A DNA stretch of 64,000 bases from Eledone cirrhosa (Eukaryota): positions 25,234,001 to 25,298,000 of the forward strand of contig OZ024760.1 in NCBI GenBank assembly GCA_964016885.1, in the 5' to 3' direction. A program made the position numbers and the translations under genes. The notes beneath the pieces were generated by a model. That model was given only the letters and a program-made list of their open reading frames with translations. It was not told the DNA's origin and did not search any database. Below, in pieces: positions 21,211 through 35,199 of the stretch (position 1 is its first letter; the number at the start of each line of letters is the position of its first letter).

Positions 21211-22366
21211 TTGTGTATATATATATATACATACATTACATATAAACACATATATAGAATTGAAAAGATAAACCTGTACAGTCACACTCACTCATACACA
21301 CACGCACACACACACACATACACACACATATATATATATATAAAAGAAAATAAGGTTTTTTAAATATAAATATATATATGTATATATATATAAATATATA
21401 AATATATATATATGTATATATATTTATATATATATATATATATGTGTGTGTGTATGTGTGTTTTTACAAGTTTATATTTCCAATTCTATATATATATTTA
21501 TACGTAGTGTATGTGAGTGAAAGAGAGAGACAGTTAGAATGTGTTTTCTTAAATAATATATTATCTAAAACCTAAAACGTGTTCTATTACTGTTTTGGGC
21601 ATTACGCCTTTTTGCGTTTTCTTTTAGTAAGTGTGTTTGTGTATGTGTGTGTGTGCTGCTATATTCCTTTATGTTTTCTTTAGACGAAAAATTATGTAAG
21701 TCTTTTATTTTTGGACCCAATATTTTTAACATAACTTTCTCAACTGAAATACGAAATGCAGGAAAGGAAACGTCAACACTGTTGACAATATTAACAGAGA
21801 ATTGGATGAATATATTAAAAAAAACTCTAAAATAGAAAAGAATGCTAAAAAAATACATGAGAGAAATCACAAAAAAAAACACACACACACGCTGTGAACT
21901 CATACACATAAAAACGAACATGAAGATACAGAACTACTAACTGACGATGTAAAAACACGTAAGATATATTTTAAAAAAACTGAAGTGAAAATGTGAAATT
22001 CACACAAAGGAAAACGCAGCGAAACACGTAATTTATACCAAGAGAAAAATGAAAAAAACTCAGGAAAATATGAGAAAAATATAGGAAAAAATAGAGAATG
22101 ATTCAAAGGAATTATGAAAACAAAGGAAAGAATTAGAAGTAAAGAGATATAACATAAAGTTCTCGAGAAAATAGGAGAAAAAAATTAATAATTTTTATTC
22201 ATGGGAAATAAATCCGCTTATTTCATTTGAATCCCTTATCGTGTTTATGTTAGTTGGTATTTTTGTGAATTTTAAGATGGAGAAAAAAGTAAGTATATTA
22301 GGGTTGTGTGTGTGTGTGTATGTTTGTATGTATGTGTGTGTGTGTGTATGTATGTGTGTGTGTGTG

Positions 22367-22413
<47 letters not shown>

Positions 22414-22702
22414 GCTGGGATCAAACACTAGTGGAAGAAGAGTTTCTGCAAGGGGAATAAGTAAAATACTGAGATCCAACTCATAAGAGAAACCTTCACT
22501 TCAGGGGCACACAGATCGAGGGTCAATAAGTTTAGTATAGAAGACCGGCAGCTGAGTTCAAAATGTTAAAACACATTCTATATATGAGCTCTTATGTAAT
22601 CTGAAGGTGAATGATTTTGTGGTTGCAGGGAGCGATTCACAATCATGAGGTTGCCAATTCAATTCTCCGACCGGGCGAGAAGAATAGGTTTAAGTGAGAC
22701 CC

Positions 22703-23171
22703 TCGTATTTAACAAGCGATGACAAAATACAAGATTTGTTTAGTAAAATACGCCAAAAACTTTCGTATTTAACAAGCGATGACAAAATACAAGATTTGTT
22801 TAGTAAAATACGCCAAAAACTTTCGTATTTAACAAGCGATGACAAAATACAAGATTTGTTTAGTAAAATACGCCAAAAACTTTCGTATTTAACAAGCGAT
22901 GACAAAATACAAGATTTGTTTAGTAAAATACGCCAAAAACTTTCGTATTTAACAAGCGATGACAAAATAAAGATTTGTTTAGTAAAATATGCCAAAAACT
23001 TTCGTATTTAACAAGCGATGACAAAATACAAGATTTGTTTAGTAAAATACGCCAAAAACTTTCGTATTTAACAAGCGATGACAAAATACAAGATTTGTTT
23101 AGTAAAATACGCCAAAAACTTTCGTATTTAACAAGCGATGACAAAATACAAGATTTGTTTTGGAAAATACG
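22703..23171. repeat. 60-bp minisatellite, ~7.8 near-identical copies
   Basis: tcgtatttaacaagcgatgacaaaatacaagatttgtttagtaaaatacgccaaaaactt. Confidence 0.95.
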
Positions 23172-23652
23172 AGATAGGTTACATAGGATACAGGAGGAAA
23201 TAGGATGGAATGGCTAGTAGTGAACAAGAATTGGAATGAGGATAGAAATGCTATAGGATTTGGAAGGACTATGAAATTAAGCGGATGTTAGAAAAGCTAG
23301 AAAAATGTGTACGTTACATTATACCATTGAAGGAAAAACGGCCACAAATTTGGCGAAAGTGAATTTCTTGTGTGGGTTATCTTATATATATATGGATAGA
23401 GAGAGCGGGGGTTGACTGCATGTTGTAGAGTGTTGTTGTGTTCTTGAGCAAGACACTTTAATCCACGTTGTTCTTTCTGCAATAGTATCAGCAATGAAAA
23501 TCTATACTATCAGCGATGAAAGGATAAATGGAAACATTGTTTCCTTGGTGCAATTTGACCAGGTCAATACCTTCAGCAAGCGAATGTGATCTGGGAACTC
23601 ACAACCTTACGATTGCGAATCCAATTCTCTAACCACTCAGCCACACGCCTTC

Positions 23653-23730
<78 letters not shown>

Positions 23731-23733
23731 TAA

Positions 23734-23792
<59 letters not shown>

Positions 23793-23949
23793 TATTGTCA
23801 ATTAGATCCCTAGAGATTTTCGTACAAGTTGAAATGTATACATATATATAAATCTATATATATATGGGCGTGCGTGTATATGCGTGCATGTACATGTGTC
23901 TATATAAATCTATATAGACACATGTACATGCACGCATATACACGCACTC

Positions 23950-23984
<35 letters not shown>

Positions 23985-23991
<7 letters not shown>

Positions 23992-24563
23992 TAATAAAAA
24001 TGATGAATAAAAACAAAGAAACAGTTCTTTATATTAAAAAAAAAAAATTCATCATTTTACGATCGTTTCCCGGATATATATGTGTGTGTTGGTATGTATA
24101 TCATATAGATCTATGAAAAATGTTTACAAACTATTACTACTATTCTATCATCTTGACCACTTACTACCTTTCTATTGGTCAATTCAAAACCTGTTCCCAA
24201 ACAGACCTATTATATTAAATCTTTGTTTGTTTTTTTTCAATAAACAAATATCATTATTTCTGAAGACACCATATATATGTGCTGGTATGTATATTCCCTC
24301 TGATAAATTTTACATAGATCTATATGATATACATACCAACACACACATATATATCCTAGAAACGATCGTAACATGATGAATTTTTTAACATAAGGAACTG
24401 TTTCTTTGTTTTTATTCATTATTTTTATTAATTTATCTTGACTCTGTTTTCCTGTGTTTTTCATCGAAAACATTTTGAATACATCTTCTCTTTTCATGAT
24501 ATCTGGATTACATTGAGTTCTTCATACGGATTGGACACTACCGTATATTTTGGCAGATTTATC

Positions 24564-24567
<4 letters not shown>
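23985..24567. mobile_element. Head-to-head foldback element with a long-stem-II HHR (24251-24379, +)
   Basis: Inverted repeat ~23985-24118/24309-24437; tcattattt-CTGAAGA-(long stem II)-GAAA-cgatcg-TA-acatgatga; left arm truncated inside the stem II loop; right arm has a ~130-nt tail. Confidence 0.7.
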
Positions 24568-24603
<36 letters not shown>

Positions 24604-25112
24604 TAACAGAAATAACTTAAGGTTTAAGCAAACAATCGCTGCTTTCACCCTTAACGGGTTCTTCTAGGGTTCTTATATAGTTGATATATATTTATCCTTA
24701 TCGAGCCCTCTTTGGATTTTAGCACTTACCTCTTCGGTGATGCACTGATTAACTTTTTCAAATTTCATTTAAAAAGGAAAATCAAGGTAGAGGGAAGTGC
24801 TCTCTTCTCATCATTTTGTTGAAATAGGGGTGAGAGAGGCAAGAAGTATGTGCCTGTAAATTGAAGGTGGAAAACTGGGAGTGGGCACTTGCCCTGGTGG
24901 TCAGTGTCACCGTGGCTTTTTTAATGGGCTTTCTCAACGATGGCCCCCGGTTCATTTTTTTTATTACATCCTCTGGTTTTTTTTTTTTGGGGGGGGGGGG
25001 GGGGTTACACGCAGAAATGCCCATTTGTACCGTCCTGTATTGTCCTGCATTGTCCTCTACTGTCCTTAATGTCTTACTTTGTGTAAACCCTTGTGGTTAA
25101 TAAATAAAGCAT

Positions 25113-25268
25113 TTGCCGCATAGAGTTACGGCCCTTACAATTCTGAGTGATCTGAGTTCAAATCCCCCCGAGGTTAACTTTGCCTTTCATCCTTACGGGG
25201 TCGATAAAATAAAGTACCAGTAATGTACTGGGTAAGTGCTGGCCATGTGCCAATAGTAGAAACAATTA
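25113..25268 (+). mobile_element. Same SINE family, 5'-truncated, with (ATT)n tail
   Basis: B-box plus core. Confidence 0.8.
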
Positions 25269-26247
25269 TTATTATTATTATTATTATTATATTATTATTA
25301 TTACTATATATGTATATATTTATATATTGAGTGAGTGTGAAAGACAAAACGTCATTATTGAAAATCTCTGCATTTTGCAAAATCCATAATATTTTTTATT
25401 GGAGAAGCTAAAATATTTTTCCTGCAAAAATTTGATTGCACTGTTTTGTTTCCACTTATGTATTTTTTGAAAATGTTATTTATTCATTATAAAAATTAAA
25501 TCATAGAATTCTGTATGTAGGTGGAGCCCTTTCATCTCCTTACAACCAATATTATTAGCACTAGTCCGCCACTGTGTATATATACAAATGCATGCTTGTA
25601 TTTATATATATAGACACATAATATGTATATACACGTGTACATATGTATGTATATGTATATATGTACATGCATGGGTGCATGTGTATGTATATGCACTGGG
25701 ACATATAAATAATCGGGCTGGATATCCAATCGCGTGGTTAAACCACTGAAGATGAAGGACCCTTAGCCTTTGTCAGGGCATTATTCTAGGAGACGGCAAC
25801 TCAGGAAACTGGGATAACACCGATATAAAACCTGCGGCTCAGGAGTTACTGATGATGTTGATCTTTTCTTCTTTTCGGGTTATAGCTACTGTCGCTCAGA
25901 GAGTGGGATTGGCTCAGTGCACAGTCTTTCTCACAAAAACAAAAAAATCTTCACGCACAGGCATTGCTCGATAGTATTAATTAATAATTATTAATTATGG
26001 TATATTCTCGATAACGAAGGGGAAACCATCACCATCATATAGACACATATATCCACATTGGTGCATAGTATAGAACAGGGATTAGATAAAGTACGAGAAA
26101 CGCTTAGAAGACAATAAAAGAGAGGACGGGAAAAAAATGGCAACTGGGTGAGTATAAATAAATATGAGCATTTTGGTTAGATTGCATTGGCAGGGGAAAT
26201 ATATAGGAACCACAAGACAGAGCTTGGTTTAAAACAATACGGTAAAT

Positions 26248-26310
<63 letters not shown>

Positions 26311-26313
<3 letters not shown>

Positions 26314-26500
26314 CGAAGGAAATGTGGTAAGGAACCAGATGGACCATAACGCACCAAAGTACTCAATACTTAGGGTAGTAGAGTGGGTAATAGGAACGAG
26401 TAGGACCCACCCCGACGGCTGAGCTCAAGCCGTTTCGACGGCTAATTCTGGACTTAGCCGTCGAAACGGCTTGAGCTCAGCCGTCGGGGTCTTACTCGTT

Positions 26501-26503
<3 letters not shown>
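26311..26503. mobile_element. ~190-bp hairpin mini-element carrying the 3' half of an HHR; family copies at 3702-3820, 39700-39795 (tail only), 47455-47670, 57912-58069, 58129-58315, 58527-58720
   Basis: ~55-bp inverted arms containing stemII-GAAA-cggc(ttgagctca)gccg-TC-gggg; ~80-nt tail on one arm; TA-flanked. Confidence 0.75.
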
Positions 26504-26544
<41 letters not shown>

Positions 26545-26821
26545 TATATATATATATCTATTTATATATTTATATGTATGTATTTATTTATATAAATATA
26601 CAATTAAGTTAAAGTGTACATCTACATATGTATACGGAAGTATTAGTATGCATATAAATACACACATGTATACATATGTACATGTACTCAGCTTTTCACT
26701 AGACACTTTACAGTGAGTGTCAGCTAGTCTGTATGTAACCACACAGGCGGACCGGGTTTTAGAGTCATACGAGTTTTCAAGGAAACACATTTCCTCTATT
26801 CTCCAGAGGGCCAGACAGGAA

Positions 26822-26862
26822 TATTGGACTAGTTTCGATGTTATTACATCTCATCAGCAATA
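26822..26862 (-). ncRNA. Minimal type I hammerhead ribozyme, array A (repeated at 27291, 27760, 28229, 28698)
   Basis: Reverse complement reads tattg-CTGATGA-gatgt(aata)acatc-GAAA-ctag-TC-caata in each monomer. Confidence 0.92.
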
Positions 26863-29223
26863 TTTACCCATCTTCCGGCTTCTCTGGAGAATTGTAAAAG
26901 CACATATCGTTATATGCTTTTTCTATGAAAATTAGTAGTGGGTAGACTAATTTGCATAGAACGTGAGTCATTGTACGCACCGGTTCAGCGGAAACGATAA
27001 AAACAAATAACGAAACGAAATTAAATTTCGTTTCGCTTCTAACTCACTTTTGTATGACTGACGCTTAAACAATTAAGTTAAAGTGTACATCTACATATGT
27101 ATACGGAAGTATTAGTATGCATATAAATACACACGTGTATACATATGTACATGTACTCAGCTTTTCACTAGACACTTTACAGTGAGTGTCAGCTAGTCTG
27201 TATGTAACCACACAGGCGGACCGGGTTTTAGAGTCATACGAGTTTTCAAGGAAACACATTTCCTCTATTCTCCAGGAGGCCAGACAGGAATATTGGACTA
27301 GTTTCGATGTTATTACATCTCATCAGCAATATTTACCCATCTTCCGGCTTCTCTGGAGAATTGTAAAAGCACATATCGTTATATGCTTTTTCTATGAAAA
27401 TTAGTAGTGGGTAGACTAATTTGCATAGAACGTGAGTCATTGTACGCACCGGTTCAGCGGAAACGATAAAAACAAATAACGAAACGAAATTAAATTTCGT
27501 TTCGCTTCTAACTCACTTTTGTATGACTGACGCTTAAACAATTAAGTTAAAGTGTACATCTACATATGTATACGGAAGTATTAGTATGCATATAAATACA
27601 CACATGTATACATATGTACATGTACTCAGCTTTTCACTAGACACTTTACAGTGAGTGTCAGCTAGTCTGTATGTAACCACACAGGCGGACCGGGTTTTAG
27701 AGTCATACGAGTTTTCAAGGAAACACATTTCCTCTATTCTCCAGGAGGCCAGACAGGAATATTGGACTAGTTTCGATGTTATTACATCTCATCAGCAATA
27801 TTTACCCATCTTCCGGCTTCTCTGGAGAATTGTAAAAGCACATATCGTTATATGCTTTTTCTATGAAAATTAGTAGTGGGTAGACTAATTTGCATAGAAC
27901 GTGAGTCATTGTACGCACCGGTTCAGCGGAAACGATAAAAACAAATAACGAAACGAAATTAAATTTCGTTTCGCTTCTAACTCACTTTTGTATGACTGAC
28001 GCTTAAACAATTAAGTTAAAGTGTACATCTACATATGTATACGGAAGTATTAGTATGCATATAAATACACACATGTATACATATGTACATGTACTCAGCT
28101 TTTCACTAGACACTTTACAGTGAGTGTCAGCTAGTCTGTATGTAACCACACAGGCGGACCGGGTTTTAGAGTCATACGAGTTTTCAAGGAAACACATTTC
28201 CTCTATTCTCCAGGAGGCCAGACAGGAATATTGGACTAGTTTCGATGTTATTACATCTCATCAGCAATATTTACCCATCTTCCGGCTTCTCTGGAGAATT
28301 GTAAAAGCACATATCGTTATATGCTTTTTCTATGAAAATTAGTAGTGGGTAGACTAATTTGCATAGAACGTGAGTCATTGTACGCACCGGTTCAGCGGAA
28401 ACGATAAAAACAAATAACGAAACGAAATTAAATTTCGTTTCGCTTCTAACTCACTTTTGTATGACTGACGCTTAAACAATTAAGTTAAAGTGTACATCTA
28501 CATATGTATACGGAAGTATTAGTATGCATATAAATACACACATGTATACATATGTACATGTACTCAGCTTTTCACTAGACACTTTACAGTGAGTGTCAGC
28601 TAGTCTGTATGTAACCACACAGGCGGACCGGGTTTTAGAGTCATACGAGTTTTCAAGGAAACACATTTCCTCTATTCTCCAGGAGGCCAGACAGGAATAT
28701 TGGACTAGTTTCGATGTTATTACATCTCATCAGCAATATTTACCCATCTTCCGGCTTCTCTGGAGAATTGTAAAAGCAAATATCGTTATATGCTTTTTCT
28801 ATGAAAATTAGTAGTGGGTAGACTAATTTGCATAGAACGTGAGTCATTGTACGCACCGGTTCAGCGGAAACGATAAAAACAAATAACGAAACGAAATTAA
28901 ATTTCGTTTCGCTTCTAACTCACTTTTGTATGACTGACGCTTAAACAATTAAGTTAAAGTGTACATCTACATATGTATACGGAAGTATTAGTATGCATAT
29001 AAATACACACATGTATACATATGTACATGTACTCAGCTTTTCACTAGACACTTTACAGTGAGTGTCAGCTAGTCTGTATGTAACCACACAGGCGGACCGG
29101 GTTTTAGAGTCATACGAGTTTTCAAGGAAACACATTTCCTCTATTCTCCAGAGGGCCAGACAGGAATATTGGACTAGTTTCGATGTCATTACAATTCTCC
29201 AGAGAAGCCGGAAGATGGGTAAA

Positions 29224-29264
29224 TATTGCTGATGAGATGTAATGACATCGAAACTAGTCCAATA
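29224..29264 (+). ncRNA. Minimal type I hammerhead ribozyme, array A inverted arm; predicted cleavage after GUC at 29259
   Basis: tattg-CTGATGA-gatgt(aatg)acatc-GAAA-ctag-TC-caata: complete core, stem I, stem II and palindromic stem III. Confidence 0.92.
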
Positions 29265-29597
29265 TTCCTGTCTGGCCCTCTGGAGAATAGAGGAAATGTG
29301 TTTCCTTGAAAACTCGTATGACTCTAAAACCCGGTCCGCCTGTGTGGTTACATACAGACTAGCTGACACTCACTGTAAAGTGTCTAGTGAAAAGCTGAGT
29401 ACATGTACATATGTATACATGTATGTATTTATATGCATACTTCCGTATACATATGTAGATGTACACTTTAACTTAATTGTTTAAGCGTCAGTCATACAAA
29501 AGTGAGTTAGAAGCGAAACGAAATTTAATTTCGTTTCGTTATTTGTTTTTATATAAATATATTTATATATATATATATTTATTTATATATATATATA

Positions 29598-29662
<65 letters not shown>

Positions 29663-29715
29663 GTATATATATATATATGTATATATATATATTTGTATAT
29701 ATATATGTTTATATA

Positions 29716-29758
<43 letters not shown>

Positions 29759-29809
29759 GTTTGTATATTTATTTATATATATGTATGTATATATATATAT
29801 ATATATATG

Positions 29810-29855
<46 letters not shown>

Positions 29856-30145
29856 CAAATAACGAAACGAAATTAAATTTCGTTTCGTTTGAAACTCACT
29901 TTTGTATGACTGACGCTTAAACAATTAAGTTAAAAATGTACATCCACATATGTATACTGAAATACTAGTATGCATATGAATACACACACGTGTACATATG
30001 TAGATGTACCGAGTTTTTCACTGGTCACTTTACTGTGAGTGTCCAGCTATTCTGTATGTAAACACGCAGACAAACCGGTTTTTAGAGTCATACTGGTTTT
30101 TGAGGAAACACCTTTCCTCTATTCTCCAGAAAGCCAGACAAGGAA

Positions 30146-30186
30146 TATTGGACTAGTTTCGATGTTGTTACATCTCATCAGCAATA
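30146..30186 (-). ncRNA. Minimal type I hammerhead ribozyme, array B (repeated at 30612, 31078; truncated at 31544-31566)
   Basis: Reverse complement reads tattg-CTGATGA-gatgt(aaca)acatc-GAAA-ctag-TC-caata. Confidence 0.92.
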
Positions 30187-31933
30187 TTTACCTATCTTCC
30201 GGCCTTTCTAGAGAATCGTAAAAGCACATATCGTTATATGCTTTTTCTATGAAAATTAGTAGTGGGCAGACTAATTTGCATAGAGCGTAAGTACGTACCG
30301 GTTCAGCGGAGACGATAAAAACAAATAACAAAACGAAATTAAATTTCGTTTCGTTTGTAACTCACTTTTGTATGACTGACGCTTAAACAATTAAGTTAAA
30401 AATGTACATCCACATATGTATACTGAAATACTAGTATGCATATGAATACACACACGTGTACATATGTAGATGTACCGAGTTTTTCACTGGTCACTTTACT
30501 GTGAGTGTCCAGCTATTCTGTATGTAAACACGCAGACAAACCGGTTTTTAGAGTCATACTGGTTTTTGAGGAAACACCTTTCCTCTATTCTCCAGAAAGC
30601 CAGACAAGGAATATTGGACTAGTTTCGATGTTGTTACATCTCATCAGCAATATTTACCTATCTTCCGGCCTTTCTAGAGAATCGTAAAAGCACATATCGT
30701 TATATGCTTTTTCTATGAAAATTAGTAGTGGGCAGACTAATTTGCATAGAGCGTAAGTACGTACCGGTTCAGCGGAGACGATAAAAACAAATAACGAAAC
30801 GAAATTAAATTTCGTTTCGTTTGTAACTCACTTTTGTATGACTGACGCTTAAACAATTAAGTTAAAAATGTACATCCACATATGTATACTGAAATACTAG
30901 TATGCATATGAATACACACACGTGTACATATGTAGATGTACCGAGTTTTTCACTGGTCACTTTACTGTGAGTGTCCAGCTATTCTGTATGTAAACACGCA
31001 GACAAACCGGTTTTTAGAGTCATACTGGTTTTTGAGGAAACACCTTTCCTCTATTCTCCAGAAAGCCAGACAAGGAATATTGGACTAGTTTCGATGTTGT
31101 TACATCTCATCAGCAATATTTACCTATCTTCCGGCCTTTCTAGAGAATCGTAAAAGCACATATCGTTATATGCTTTTTCTATGAAAATTAGTAGTGGGCA
31201 GACTAATTTGCATAGAGCGTAAGTACGTACCGGTTCAGCGGAGACGATAAAAACAAATAACGAAACGAAATTAAATTTCGTTTCGTTTGTAACTCACTTT
31301 TGTATGACTGACGCTTAAACAATTAAGTTAAAAATGTACATCAACATATGTATACTGAAATACTAGTATGCATATGAATACACACACGTGTACATATGTA
31401 GATGTACCGAGTTTTTCACTGGTCACTTTACTGTGAGTGTCCAGCTATTCTGTATGTAAACACGCAGACAAACCGGTTTTTAGAGTCATACTGGTTTTTG
31501 AGGAAACACCTTTCCTCTATTCTCCAGAAAGCCAGACAAGGAATATTGGACTAGTTTCGATGTTGTCTCTAAAAACCGGTTTGTCTGCGTGTTTACATAC
31601 AGAATAGCTGGACACTCACAGTAAAGTGACCAGTGAAAAACTCGGTACATCTACATATGTACACGTGTGTGTATTCATATGCATACTAGTATTTCAGTAT
31701 ACATATGTGGATGTACATTTTTAACTTAATTGTTTAAGCGTCAGTCATACAAAAGTGAGTTACAAACGAAACGAAATTTAATTTCGTTTCGTTATTTGTT
31801 TTTATCGTCTCCGCTGAACCGGTACGTACTTACGCTCTATGCAAATTAGTCTGCCCACTACTAATTTTCATAGAAAAAGCATATAACGATATGTGCTTTT
31901 ACGATTCTCTAGAAAGGCCGGAAGATAGGTAAA

Positions 31934-31974
31934 TATTGCTGATGAGATGTAACAACATCGAAACTAGTCCAATA
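31934..31974 (+). ncRNA. Minimal type I hammerhead ribozyme, array B inverted arm (repeated at 32400-32440)
   Basis: tattg-CTGATGA-gatgtaacaacatc-GAAA-ctag-TC-caata. Confidence 0.92.
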
Positions 31975-32657
31975 TTCCTTGTCTGGCTTTCTGGAGAATA
32001 GAGGAAAGGTGTTTCCTCAAAAACCAGTATGACTCTAAAAACCGGTTTGTCTGCGTGTTTACATACAGAATAGCTGGACACTCACAGTAAAGTGACCAGT
32101 GAAAAACTCGGTACATCTACATATGTACACGTGTGTGTATTCATATGCATACTAGTATTTCAGTATACATATGTGGATGTACATTTTTAACTTAATTGTT
32201 TAAGCGTCAGTCATACAAAAGTGAGTTACAAACGAAACGAAATTTAATTTCGTTTCGTTATTTGTTTTTATCGTCTCCGCTGAACCGGTACGTACTTACG
32301 CTCTATGCAAATTAGTCTGCCCACTACTAATTTTCATAGAAAAAGCATATAACGATATGTGCTTTTACGATTCTCTAGAAAGGCCGGAAGATAGGTAAAT
32401 ATTGCTGATGAGATGTAACAACATCGAAACTAGTCCAATATTCCTTGTCTGGCTTTCTGGAGAATAGAGGAAAGGTGTTTCCTCAAAAACCAGTATGACT
32501 CTAAAAACCGGTTTGTCTGCGTGTTTACATACAGAATAGCTGGACACTCACAGTAAAGTGACCAGTGAAAAACTCGGTACATCTACATATGTACACGTGT
32601 GTGTATTCATATGCATACTAGTATTTCAGTATACATATGTGCATGTACATTTTTAAC

Positions 32658-32780
<123 letters not shown>

Positions 32781-33598
32781 AATAAGGGCGCTGCGGAGTT
32801 GCAAATGGGTTACACATGAAAAAAGTTTGTCCTTCATCAGTAATCTTCCAACTATCATAGGCATTTCATCGCTTTAAAGACCATATACCTCCGGTTGGTG
32901 CGAGCAACGGCTAAAAAAAGTCGTTGGGACACGTAAATAAAGGGGACCCGAGGGTAAACAAACAAAATGGTGGGGCAACAGAAAGTGAGGAATAAGGAGA
33001 CGAAGGTGAAATGCAAAGAAGCGACGAAGAATTTATGAGGGAAAGAGAAAAATAAATATTTTGTAAAGATTGCTTAAAATATTCCTTGAGAGGCTGATCT
33101 TATGTTTTTCAAGAAAAGACAAAAATATAACAACGAAAGAGTTAAAGAATAAATACGTGAATGGCGGCGAAGGTGGAGTTGGTAGGAGGTGGTGGTGGTG
33201 GTGCTGCTGTTCGGTTGTAGTGCTGGTGGCGGTGGTGGTGGTGCTGGTGGTTGGTGCTGGTGGTGGTGATGCCAATGGCGGCGATGGTAGTACTGGTAGG
33301 TGGTGGATGAGGTGAAGTGAAATGGAATGAATTATAGAGTTTTTTGGAATAAATATATACACAAAGCAAATGTAAATAATCATGGCGGAATTGTAGGGAT
33401 GTAAGGGGATGGTTGGGTGGGGGTGGGGGGGGGGGGGCGATATTTGAAGTGAGAATACTGGATAGAAATGCAATTAGATCGGAAGAAATATGAGATAATT
33501 GATGAAAAAAAAAAAGAAGCACTAGAAGAAGAAATCTTTGGCAAAAAAAGAACAAACTCCACGAAAAAATTATACGATGATGGAATTAGAAATGAATT

Positions 33599-34185
<587 letters not shown>

Positions 34186-34207
34186 TATATATATATATAT
34201 ATATATA

Positions 34208-34303
<96 letters not shown>

Positions 34304-34446
34304 GAGAGATAGAAAGAGAGAGAGAAGGGGAGAGAAATGGCTTCTAGATGACTAGAACTGTTTCATTCAGTAGAAATCATTCACACTGTACTAGGTATTG
34401 AGCACCGTACATTTCTGGGGTTGCCCTCTATTGAAACCAGGTTAAA

Positions 34447-34485
<39 letters not shown>

Positions 34486-34506
34486 CTATATATATATATA
34501 TGTATA

Positions 34507-34542
<36 letters not shown>

Positions 34543-34573
34543 TGTATGTATGTATGTATGTATGTATATGTAT

Positions 34574-35185
34574 GTCAGGTCACCAGTTAGTGTTACAGGT
34601 AACATGTATCCCAGTACAACCTGTCTCATGGTCGGGTCGTTGGCGACTAAACTCTCAACCCCACCAAGGTTTCTTGGTAAGGAGGGTGACTTTGGACATC
34701 CTGCAGGACTAAAAACAAAACCTGTCAAAGGGCAAAGGAGCTCTTAAGAGTCAATGGCCATCCAAAATCACCGGGAGAGATGACCCCTTAGCCTTTGTCA
34801 AAGCAGAATTCTAGGAGAAGGAAAACTCTGATATAACACCTGCAACCCTGATGGTATCCAATAATGTTGACTTGTTCTTCTTTTTTGTAAATATCATCTT
34901 GGTTAAGAGAGTGTGACTGGCTTTATGCAGTGCCCTTGCTCACTATAAAAGCTTCACGGTACAGGCATTGCTTTATATCTGGAGATCTCTCTGCACTTGC
35001 CGTCACATGGAACCATGGGCCCTGCACTATGTGTCAGTAATTGTCACAAGTGTAGTGTTTGTACCAGAGTTTTCGAGTCGCTGGCTGGACTAAAAAGTCA
35101 CACTCGTTCAGCGCATCGGTAGGGGTTCTCCTACATGGATATAAAGTAGTGGTCGTACTCGAAAATGAGTTGGCAGCCGCCGCCA
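34574..35185 (+). mobile_element. ~610-bp non-autonomous RTE-derived element (full length)
   Basis: Same start (gtcaggtcaccag) and end (gagttggcagcc) as 44292-44900; 3' end encodes a C2H2 finger homologous to the RTE C-terminus. Confidence 0.75.
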
Positions 35186-35199
35186 TGTATGTATGTGTA

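Larger units (their letters stand above)
26600..29552. mobile_element. Retrozyme-like array A: 469-bp HHR-bearing monomers; 5.5 copies (HHR on -) joined head-to-head to a 0.8-copy inverted arm (HHR on +)
   Basis: Unit starts (caattaagttaaag) at 26601, 27070, 27539, 28008, 28477, 28946 give a 469-bp period; inversion at 29189-29193 (shared TTACA); inverted arm 29189-29552; (TA)n on both sides; no credible ORF. Confidence 0.9.

Noticed and set aside
22703-23171. CRISPR-like periodicity
   Set aside because: Units are identical end to end with no unique spacers, no cas genes, eukaryotic context
26601-27069. Second, opposite-polarity ribozyme in the monomer (viroid-like ambisense)
   Set aside because: No CTGANGA..GAAA or other recognisable ribozyme core on the opposite strand by eye (nearest is CTGACGC)
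26584-32547. Repeated 60-80 aa ORFs in the arrays (MSASLYVTTQ.., MCFLENSY.., MSSYSVCK..)
   Set aside because: Mostly non-ATG starts, and the reading frame is not conserved between subfamilies A and B; by-products of a non-coding repeat
32825-32850. CTGATGA on the - strand just after array B
   Set aside because: No stem II, GAAA or NUH follows; not an HHR
34603-34747. Short ORF MYPSTTCLMVGSLATK.. present in both full RTE-derived copies
   Set aside because: Explained by overall copy similarity; no evidence of coding selection from two copies
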